Program-made: the position numbers and the translations under genes
Shown here: one piece after another, positions 25,701-37,700 of the stretch
Numbering within the stretch: the first letter of the stretch is position 1
How the letters are laid out: the number at the start of each line of letters is the position of its first letter
Source: Sphyrna mokarran
Taxonomy: Eukaryota
Direction of reading: 5' to 3'
Assembly: GCA_024679065.1 (NCBI GenBank)
Contig: JAGIQG010000019.1
Span: 27,404,001 to 27,468,000 of the forward strand
DNA: 64,000 nt
Notes under the pieces: model-generated
Databases searched by the model: none
The model's input: only the letters and a program-made list of their open reading frames with translations
What the model was told of the DNA's origin: nothing

Positions 25701-28700
25701 CCAGAGAAGAACTCAACTCATTGCAATCACTATTCAACATAGGTCAAGAGTAATCATTTAAATATCTTCACCTGCTATAAATTCAGCATCGCACACAGGA
25801 TCCTCATCGACGGGAGTCAATGATACATTCAGGTTGCATGTGGCTGTGTTACCTCCCTGGTCTGTAACCACTACATTTAATGTGTAGAATTTGACAACAG
25901 ACACATCCTCATAGTCCAATACCAATGTATTGGTAATTATTACAGTATCTCCAACTGAAAGATAAGAGATACATCTGTTTAATCAAATGCAGCTCAGGTG
26001 AACAATATGCATTGCGTATACATCACCGCAGACAAAGAAATGTAAGGAACTAAAAAGAGGGCAAGAAATGAGAAAACTCTGAGCTGTGTATCACACATCG
26101 TTAGGCATACAACACTGAATTAAAATGAGATCACAACAACAACACACAGAGAGATGAAACCACATGTTCACAGAGATCATGTCACAATACGCAGAACAGA
26201 GATTGTGCACATGTACAGTCACTGAGATATAGGGCAGAATTTTATGAGTTTTTTTTTAATTGTCCAGCTAGTATGAAAATGGGAGAGTTCCTGATGCATT
26301 TTCTGGGTGAATTTTCACACCCAATCTTTGCACTCAATCTTTGAAAATATGGGCTGAACTGTTTCTAGCTGATAATGCAGTGAGTGGAGTCTAATTCGCC
26401 AGACAGCTAACAGTTCAGATTGAAGCCACAAACTGCATTTGCGCAGAAAAAACAGAAGAAAAACAGCCCTACTGACAGAGCACTCCTGGGCCACATACAG
26501 CCTCCCCCTGCCCTCCTGGGCCACATACAGCCTCCCCCTGCCCTCCATGGACGTTAGAGACTCCACCCCCAACATTACTGATTCTCTTACTCCCTCTTTG
26601 ACCTCTTCAGTGACCCCCCCATTCCCATGCATTCCACTACACAAGGCCCCCTTAGCATAGCCCCGATAGCTGACTGACATGTCCCTCTCTTTCCCCTGCC
26701 CATCCCCACTGATAATCTCAGAGGTGCAAATCTCCCTCTTCCATCAGCACACCTGCAAGTGCTGACTTGCCTTCTGCTCCATGGTAACAAGGCAAACTGA
26801 ATTACACTCACTAGAATGCTCTAACGGGTGCGTGACTCTCCCAAACTGCCTATGGCTGAACTGCTGTAACAAGGCACAGCTCCATAAAAACTCCAAGGAT
26901 AGAGAAATATACAGGTAATGCAGGAAGAAGTAGCCTCCAGAAAGAGAGCCCCCGTTATTTAGATGTTGATCTGGCCAAGTTACTGGAAGTGGTGGAGGCA
27001 AGGTGGGAAACCCTCTTTCCCCCAACAGGAAGCTATCCCAGAGAAAGGGATGGAAGCGCAGCCAGAAAGGTGTTGGCAGTGTGTGTTAGTGCCAAGGTAC
27101 TGGGCGAGAGAACTGGCAAGCATCACTGCAAAACACTAGAGCTCATGAACAACAGCAACTCCCCACCTGCAACACCACCAATCCCCCTCCCCACACCGCC
27201 ATACACATACACGCAGGCTCCCCCTGACCTGAAACACAACATGGCCACCACTAAACAATTCCCTCTGAGTAATACAAAAAGCAGAGACTTAATTCCTCGC
27301 TCAGCCTCTCTGACCACGTGCCTGAATGTGACTTTTACATATGAGGTGTTTTCCTGACTGATCCTGCCGCAGTGAACAAGGTGTTTAAGTCAGGTGAGCT
27401 GGCACGATTGGGGATGAAGCTCATTAATACATTGTAATGAATGCAAATAAAATGCAACTTGATGTTTTGCCCCTTTTGGGTGGGGCCCCAATAGTACCGA
27501 TCTTTTAATGTATTGGTAAAATGGAAATGGGCATACTAGTTGCATAGTACTCAACTTTATCACACTTTTCTGCAGCAAAACAGGCTCAACGAGATCCTAA
27601 AATTCCACCCATTGTGTAAGAAAACATCACATCCACAGATCCAAATGCAGAAACAAAAGCATAGCAAAGAGAAACACAACACAGGACAAAGAAACACCAG
27701 AAGGCACAGGGAGAAAACAGAGTAAAAAAACTTAACATCCACATAATGTCACAGATACAAATATCATACACCAGACTTCACAATGGCCATTATCCTGGGG
27801 GATTCACTATAGTTAATTGAGTTCATACCTTGGTTAATTTCAAAAGAAGGTTCATTTACTGCAAAACTAAACGTCAGGTTCTCATTGTCATCACCATCTG
27901 AGGCAGATAAAGTTATTAGTGTTGTCCCAGCAGCCACTTCCTCATTCAGGGTTAAGCTAGTCAATGGACAGGAGCTGAAAATGAGACAAATATTCCTGTT
28001 TAATAAACCGAAGAAACATCAGTCGGAATGAGAACTGATCTTGTCTGCCAACAGGGGAATAATATCTGACGTACCTGATGACTGGAACTTCATCATTGAC
28101 ATCAGTAATTGTGATCGTTACTGTGCCTGTGCAAGCGAGGCTTGGAGAGCCAGTGTCATTAACAGATATCACAGCATAGAAAAGCTGAAGGGAAAGAACA
28201 AAACTCAAGATAAATTGACCAATGAAATCTAGATCCCAGTCTGTAAAATGACTGGAATAAAGTCTCTGTGCTGAAGATATTCTCATTGTTCAGTAGTAAT
28301 AATGTATCTCATACCATGTCACCGTTTTCAAAATTCAAATCAGCTGCTGTGGTGATTAGACCCAAATTGTCCACGTCAAATAGTGCACTGGTATTGGTGG
28401 AGGAGCTCGACAGGATGGAATACTGAAAGAAATCAGGAAGTTATTAGAGAATCATAGAACACCTACAGTGCAGAAGGAGGCCATTCAGCCCATTAAATCT
28501 GCACAATGAATTTCCCATCCCAGGCCCGATCATCACAATCGCACACATTGACCCTGCTAATCTCTCTAACTGAAGGATCCCGGGACACTATGGGTCAATT
28601 CGTATGGCCAATTAAACTAATCCGCACATTTTTGGACAGTGGGAGGAAAACAGAGCACCCGGAGGAAATCCACGCAGACACAAGGAGCATGTGCAAACTC

Positions 28701-31700
28701 CACACGGACAGTGACCCATGCAGGGAATTGAACCCATGTCATTGGAGCTGTGAGGCAGCAGTGCTAACACCTGTGCCACCGAGTTGTCCAATATTTCATC
28801 AATGTTATGTAGTTCATTTTCTGCCTCATTTCAATTTTTCTGCCTCATTTCAATTTTAATTTGTTAAGATTAAACATAAGGAATGAGAATTGAGGTTTCT
28901 TTCAGATTCAGATTTGGATCCTGTTATCAGCGAGTCTCATTCTTGGATCTTCGTGATTAAACTCCAAAGCTCTGATATAAAGTTGTTCACTTGAAACATT
29001 AATGGTCATTCTCTTCATAGATGCTGTCTGTTCTGCTGAGTTTTTCCAGCATTTTCTATTCTTATTCTGAAGTGAAGATCAAGTGTCTTCTAGTTGATTC
29101 TTTTGCTGTTGTTCAGGATATTCAAGAATCTGCATGGCGTCTAGGTTGAAAAGGTATGGAGAGACAACCAGTGTCCAATAGTGTTGGGACAACGTGAGTG
29201 GACAGAGCGATTCAGTGGATTTAGCATGGGGAGACAGCTGGGGTGTGAGAATAAAGGAAGAAAGGACCAGCTAAGAAGAATTCAACAACTGAGATTTATT
29301 TGGATATGACTGGGGTGAACAAGGAAGAAGAAAGCAGACTGGGCGAAAGCTGTTTGGAGCAGTTAGGGCTATGGTAAAATGGGGTCGGCAATGAGAATGA
29401 GAGAAGGAGAAAGAAAAGGATTAAACTCAGAAAACGAGATGAAGAGAAACATGAGTGAACGACAGAATGCCAGAGAATTGGTGATCACTGGACAGGAGAG
29501 CAGGAAGGAAAATGGGAAAGAAGGAAGGAATGAGGTGAGGAGGAAGGGGGCACAAACTGTAGCTATCTGCAAAAAAAAGAAGTAATGTGCGGTGCTGATC
29601 ACAATGCCACTACTATCAACAATTTGGGAATCTCCATTCACCAGAACTTAAACTGGATCAACCATGTTAACACTGTCACTGCATGCAGGGCACAGATTGG
29701 TGGTCACTGGATCACCTCTTTTCTCTCAATGGTCCTGGAATACCTTACATAAAACATTTGTGTACAAGAACTGAAAGGTTCAAAATGAGAGTGAAAACTT
29801 AGATTGCATGTTTTAAGCTCAAAAAAAAAGAGCAAAAACAGCCTATTATTAAAAAGAACTTACTTGTAAATCATTTCCATCGGGGTCAGATGCTGTTATC
29901 TTATAGACAGAGGCACCATTAACAATGTCCTCAGAGATAGTGACAGAAGGTCCTGCACCAAAAGGAATGTGATTATTGTAACTAGTATTCCATCAATATG
30001 ATGCAAATCAGTTTATGTTTAACATTTACCAATGATGAAGTATTTCAATAACTCAAGTGGAATTTATCACTGTGACTTACGCATAAGGGTGATTATGGAA
30101 ATGCAACAAACACTGTCAGCAAAGATCAGAGAATAAAAGAATCCTCATGCAACTGATCAATTGTAATGGCCTTCAGCACTGACGGTTAAAGATTTTGTGA
30201 TCCTATTTTGTTTCTTCTTGAGGATCAAAGGGTTACTACCTTCATGAAAATTAACTTGGGACACATTTTGGTTGTGAGCCAGAAGAGTTGCGCATATTTC
30301 TGAAGGCCAGTTGGCTGTTGACTGGAAAAGCCTGCAGCAGCAGGCCGTAACTATGGATCACTAGGAACAGGCCCAGATAATTTGACAGGATTTGGGGTTG
30401 TCGAGAGTGCTTGGGAGTGTGGAAACTAGATGAGATGAAGAATTACATCAAAATGGAGTAGAATCACAGAGAAAAGGAGAGATGGGGGCCGAATGCATCC
30501 TTGAGAGCATGGAAATGGCCCACAAGCCATGCACTAAAAGTACTTACCTGCTGGATTTGGTAACCACCACTTCCCTTTAATTTCTAAGTTTCCCTAGCCT
30601 TCGAAGTCTGGGCCAGAAACATCAAGTTGAAATGGCTCCTTCTGAATTTGAGGAATAGAATCTCAGTTAACTGCAGTCCTATCTAGCTCTCTGCCCATTG
30701 GAATTCACTAACTAGAATTTCTGATGTTCTCCTAATACAAATTGTCATTTTATCAACTAGAATTACTTATGAAGTTATCTCTTAGTTGTATGCTTGCATT
30801 GTTTATAACTTTGATTTATGTTTTCATGCACTGTTGAAGATGAGAAGTGAAGAGAAAACTGTTCTTTTCTTCCTAAGTGCCTGTGTATTAGTTAATGCTG
30901 CATGCATAGAGCTGTATTCTACTGGTAAATTGAACTTTCCATGAACTAAGATTTTTGATTCCATATATCCACCAATTTCCTGTGTAATTATGACACCCTC
31001 CTCAGGAATAGCTTACTTAAACACCCCGAAATGTAACATGTGTTAGAGCAGAAAAAGGAAAGATTACATAGATTGCTATTGTGTTTCAAATTTTTAACAA
31101 TTTAACGTACAACAGAGTTAAAATGCTCTCTTATGTCTGATTATAAGATTCCCAAAATATCTTCTGAGTGAACTGCAATCTGGATACCAGGATTGATGGG
31201 GACAGAAAACACTTTAAAATGTTGCAATCTCAACCCTGATACCTGGCAAGAAATATCCATCAACAGCCCCCTATGTTCTCACATCTGAATGAATGAATCT
31301 GAAGCTGCCACATGTGTTTGCCAAATGTCTGACATGCAAGGCAACACACTGATCTGCTTCATCGAGCTTTCAATGCATTATGTACAGGGCAAGCATGTTT
31401 CACTGCCCAGCACTGAGCTCTTCCCAGTAGCACACTGAAAATAGCAAAGACTCATCCTTCCATTCTATAGCAGAACCTCTGTAGATACGAGTTAGATGTC
31501 TCCACAAGAGACAGATATGCTTGCACATCAACAGACTGACAGTCAACGTACTGATTAATTCATTTTCACCCTACTCACCTGCTTCAAATTGAGGGTCACA
31601 AGCAGGAGCTTCGTTGACATTATTTAAAGACACATTTAGATTACAGCTGGCGACTTGAGATGCCAGATCAGTGACAATTATATTTAGTTGGTAATCTGTC

Positions 31701-34700
31701 GTTGCAGAGGTATTTTCATAGTCCAAAACGGCATTAGTAAGGATCCATGCGTTATTTCCAACTGAAAGTGCAAAATAAGTTGGTTAATATCAATCATTTA
31801 CTTTACTAAACCAGTTTATCTATAAAACATACGATCTTAGTATTATTTTATTTCATATAGCTTAGTTGTTGAAGCTGCTTCAACCTTTTTTTAAACATTC
31901 ATGTGACATGGCATCGCTGGATGTCCAACATTTATTACCCGTTCTTAGTTGCCCTTGAAACTGATTGACTTGCTAAGCCATTTCTGAGGGCAGTTCAGAG
32001 TCAACCACGTTGCTGTGGCTCTGGAGTCACACGTGGGCCAGACCAGGTAAGGACAGTCGATTTCCTTCCCTAAAGGACATTAATGAACTAGTTGGGTTTT
32101 TCCGACAATCGACAATAGTTTCGTGTACCAGTAGATTCTTAATTCCAGATACTTTTTGTTGAATTCAAATTTCACCATCTGCTGTGGTGGGATCTAGTTC
32201 GAGATGCACCAGTTCTGTGAAATTAGTTTCTTAAGCGTTCATGTTTCATTAATCCATTAGTTAAGTTGCTGGCCAGGTTAATAACTTAGGCTGACATGCC
32301 ACACCCATAACTTTCCCAAATTCCCTCTTTGAAATGACTAAATGAAGGATGTCAATACCTTGCTGAATTTGGAAATCAGTTTCAGGGATTCCAAAGGAGA
32401 AAGTCAAGGTATCAGTGGTGTCATTGTCATAGGCTGTGAGAAAAGCTACAATTGTTCCAGCAGGTAATTCTTCATCCACTGACACTGGACTCAAAGGACA
32501 TTCACTAGAAAATGGATACTTGTTATTAATGTGCAACCTGAGATCTTTTGAAGCTGATCTTACTTTTCAATTGTTTTGAACTAAGTTTTGATTATTAAAG
32601 CATCAGTAGAAAAAAAACAATGGGAGAAAGCAGAAATGTAAATTAAAGTACTATCAGGGTGCACTAACATGAATCTCAGCCTTTCTGCTGCTCATTACGA
32701 AATTACCATTTTTATCTGCACTGACATATACACATGCACATCCTTGTAAACCAAAAAACACTACTGCCCATGTCTTAACTTGCAGCAAAACCTATTCCCA
32801 TATTATCGCTGTGCTCCCTGACCTACACTGACTTCTGCTCTAAATAAAACTTGACTTTAAAATTCTTATTCCGATTTTCAAATCCCTTTATGGTTTTGTC
32901 CTTCCCTATCTCTGTAATCACGACGAGCCTTCTAGCATTCCAGTATATCTGCACAACGCTAATCCAGACTGCTTGTCATTCCCAATTATAATTGTTGCAT
33001 CATTTGGGGCAAAGTCTCCAATTGTTGAGGCTCTAAAGCTCTAGAATTCCCTCCCTATTCTTCTCTGATTCGCTACCTAGCTTTTCCTCTTTAGGATATT
33101 CCTTAAAATCTTTCACTTTCCCCAGGGGTACATGCATCTTTCCTAATATCCCCTTATGTGGCTTTCTGTCACACTTGATTTCACGAGGCTGCTTTGAAGC
33201 ACCTGGGGCATTTTGTGACATTAAAGGCATCATATAAATGTTTTTATTTTTGACATTGCGAGTTAGAATATGATTAAGGATAAATGACAGATGGATGAGC
33301 TACAATAAGACTACAAATCATGGTGCTTTTCAGAATCTGAACCTAGTTAACACAGGTCAGGACCGTTTCTGTCAAATCACTTTCTATAGCTGCAGATATA
33401 AAATCCTGCTATTTTAGACTCTAATATGTGACTTTTATTCGTTCGAAACTTTGAATGAGCTGTTGTAGTTGTTTAAGCATACTTCTAAACTCTGAAATCA
33501 TTTTCTATTTTTACTCATTCTGTCCTAGGATCTCAGAACTCCATAAACCCTGAGCCTTTTAAACGATAAAGAGTTTCACAATTCAAGTTGTGACTTAATC
33601 ATTGCTCTCTTGATTTATCTCTTTTTTTGCCCCCCCCCAATCTTTTAAACCTAGTTGTATCCTTGATTACTGTCCGAGGATTTACATAGGACTTTTAGCT
33701 TTAATAAAAGGCTAAATTTTAAAAGTTTTTTTTAACTATGTGGGACCACAAGAATTATTTCAGTGACATGTAATGCTTCATTCTGAAACTAAATCTCAGA
33801 CAAATTTATGAGATTATAACATTTCAGATTTTCATTTTTAACAGAAAACATGTCAGAAAGAGGAAAATGAACATCTCCTGCAATTATTCGGAAGAAATGT
33901 ACATTTGAGTTCAGAATTTATGATCTACCCAAGTTTTTAAATATTATATACAAGAACAAAGCTGACTCTTTTTGCCAAATAACCCAAAATGAGCTCTACA
34001 TAAAAACGTTTCAACACAAACCTTATGACTGGAACTTCATCATTGACATCAGCAATGTAGATAGTAACCAAACCTGTGCAGGTATTGCCTGCTGGATCAG
34101 CAACAGAAACCACTGCGTGATACTGCTTTAGCTGCAGAGAAACACAACGCGAGTACATTTTCATTATGAAGACCAGCTGGAATCAATGGGCAGAATTTTC
34201 CTGTTGTGATGGACTTCTTCCAGCTAACTACAGGAGACACAGGGATAAGTTACTATAGCTACTTCGTGATTTAACCATGGAGGGAACTAACCCTGAGAAA
34301 CCTCTGAAGCAGCAATCTCCTCGAATACAGCTCTCAGCATAAACCCATCTCTCTCCAACAAGTCACAGATACAAACTGTTTCTTCAAGAGTTGAAATTGC
34401 TGGGCCTCTAACAGAAATCTTTTGTTTCCTTGTTATCCACTAACCAGAGGATTGGGGAATAGCCAATGTTGTCTTGTTATTTAAGAGGGGTAGCAAGAAT
34501 AACCTGAGTAATTATAGGCCAGTGAGCTTGACTCAGAGATAGTGAAATTGTTGGAAAAGATTCTTAGTGACAGGGGCTAGACACATTTGGTACTGAATGG
34601 TCTTGTTAGCGACTGACAGCTTGGTTTTGTACCAGGGAAGTCATGTCTCACTAATTTAATTGAGTTTTTTTGAGGAGGTGACAAAAATGATTGACGAGGA

Positions 34701-37700
34701 AAGGGCTGTGGATATTGTCTACATGAACTTTAGTAAGGCATTTGACAAGGTCCCTCATGGCAGGCTGGTGCAAAAGATTCAATCTCATGGGGTGAACTAG
34801 CTAGAGGGAAGCAGAATTGGCTTTGCCATGGAAGACAAAGGATAGCAGTGGAAGGGTGTTTTTTTCTGAATGGAGATCTGTAACTAATGGTATTCACATT
34901 AAGAAGTCTCACAGCACCAGGTTAAAATCCGACAGGTTTATTTGTAGCAAATGCCACAACAAATAAAGCTGTTGGACTTTAACCTGATGTCGTGAGACTA
35001 CTTACTGTGTTTATCCCAGTCCAATGCCAGTATCTCCACATCGTGAATAGTAGTGTTCCTCAGGGATCAGTGCTGGGACCTCTGCTGTTTGCATTTAAAA
35101 TGAAGAAAACGTAGTTGGTCTAATTAGCACGTTTGCGGATGATACTAAGATTGGCAGAGTTACAGATAGTGATGAAGATTGTCAGAACTTACAGCAGGAT
35201 ATCGATGGGCTGAAAAATTGGACAGAGAAATGGCAGATGGAATTTAATTCAGACAAATTCGGATGGGAGCTATAAAGTAAATGGCAGAACCATCAGGAAT
35301 ATAGATACACAGAGGGAACTGGAAGCACAGGTCCACAGGTCCTTCAAAGTGGCAGCACAGGTGGAAAAGTTGATGAAGAAAGCAGATGGCATGTTTGCTT
35401 TCACCAAAGAGGGCATCGAGTACAAAAGTTGACAATTATGTTACAGTTATATAAAACATTGGTTAGGCCATATTTGGAATACTATCTCCAAGTCTGGTCA
35501 TCAGGATGTGGAGGTTTTGGAGATTGTACAGGAAAAGTTTACCAGGATGTTGCCTGGTAAACAGGATATTAGCTATGTGGAGAGATTGAATAAATGGGGA
35601 TTGCTCTCCTTGGAAAGCTAGAGGCTAAGGGACAATCTGATAGAAGCTTATAAAATAATGAGAGGTAGGGATAGGGTGAACAGTTGGAAGCTTTTTCCCA
35701 GGCAAAAATGACAATTACAATGGGGCACGAGTTCAAGATAAGGTGGAGAAAGGTTCAGTGATGGTGTGCAGGGGAAATTTTTTAAACAGGATGGTGGGGG
35801 CCTGGAATACACTGCCAAGAGAGGTGGCTGAGGCAGATACATTAGTGATATTTAAGAGTTATCTGGATAGGCACATAAACAGATGGGGAAATCAAGGGAT
35901 ATTAGTCGTTGGGCTGGATAGGACAAAATAGTCAACGTGGGCTTGGAGAACTGAAGGGAATGTTCCTGTACTGTCTGTACCATTCTTTGTTCTACAGTTA
36001 GTCAGAATACAGAACATTGCTTTAAAATTCAACCTGGTCGACATGGATTTATATCAAACCTTCACAGTCTCTCTTCAATTCCATAAGCATTAGTTATTGT
36101 AAGATGGTGGGCCAGTCTTTATCTACTTCTAGTCTTCAGATCTTCAGTATTCAGACAGCCTTACTATACTGTGGCATCTGGTATCTTAGCAACTGTGTCT
36201 CTAAATTAATGCCTGACTCTTATATGGCGCAGTTCATTTTGTTCACGATGAAACATAATGCTTCCTTTCTTTTGGTGCATTTGACTTGAACATTGAAAGT
36301 TTAGATTAGGGAATGTTTGCTGATAAGTGTGAACAAGTCTCTATTAACCCAAAGAATCATCTGCATGATGGTGGAACGGACAGATCGGCAAATGTGGAGC
36401 CAGGCTTCTACCCATTTCATTGCATACAGATTTATGTTTAAATTGCATATGGATTTATAGTTAAAGATTTGGATAGAAATTAGAAAAATCATATTGCAGA
36501 TCTGTTGACATAAGATTAAAGGACTTGAATTTTCTGTGAGCTGGGTGATGATTAGCCAACTTTTCAGGACAGTTTCAGAACAAGTGATAATAGTCATCCA
36601 ATTGATCAGCATTCAACGACCTTACTTCAGTCTATTTTCCAATTCATTGATCTTTTTCACCCAAATATCTTTTCTGTCTCTATCACAGGAGGTATTTGAA
36701 ACTAATAAACAATTACACAATGAGTTTTATGATGCCATTACATATAAAGAGCTGAGGAAGTGAATAGATTGTCATAGTTGTACCTGATCGGTAGCTTCAT
36801 AATCCACTGAGCTTATTGTAGAAATGGCACCCACTGTATCAATATCAAACAGAGTAAGAATACCCAATGTGGAGAGTGAGAGAATCGTATACTGTAAAAC
36901 ATAGTTTTTCAAAGAATATTGTTGTAAAAGATGCAATGGTACTGTTTTGAATGACTTGAATGTCATACATTTGGTGTAAAAATATGACACTTTGTTCATT
37001 AATAAATATCAAAATCAGTAAGTTATATGCATCAGTCAACAGTCAAATTGATTTCATTGCCAAAGTTAATGAGGTTCTAAAAAGTTGTTATAAGATCATC
37101 CACAATATATATTTGTTGAGGATTGTGATTTATGAATCAGTTCCACTGAAACATAGGAAGAGGAATAGGCTATTCAGCCCATTGAATATGTTCCACCATT
37201 CAATAAGATCATGGCTGATCATTGACTTCAATGCCTTTTACACATCTCATCCCCATAACCCTTTATGTTACTGTTAATCAGAAATCTCTGCTTTAAACAT
37301 TCTCAATGATTGAACTTCAACAGCCCTCTGGAGTAGAGAATTCCAAAGATTCACTACTCCTTGTGCAATAAAGATAATTTCCATTAACCGTTCTGCACCT
37401 GCATCTTAACCTTGAGTGCGTTATGGACAAGAACATGCAGGTCCCTTTATACATCTACACTTTTTATGTCTTACCATTTCAGAAATAGTTTGCATATCTG
37501 TTCCTTCTGGCAAAGTGGATTGTCTCATATTTTCCACATTATATTCCATCTGCCATGTTTTTGTCCATTCACTAAGTCTGCCCAAATCCTCTTGTAGCCA
37601 GTTTACAATTTCTTCACAGCACAGATTCCCACCTAGCTTTGTATCATCTATGAATTCGGAAACATTACATTTGGTCCCCACATCCAAATCATTGATACAT

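Noticed and set aside
9590-28440. Duplication as an assembly artefact
   Set aside because: The copies differ by private TE insertions, deletions, an inversion and mostly synonymous exon changes, which points to real paralogs
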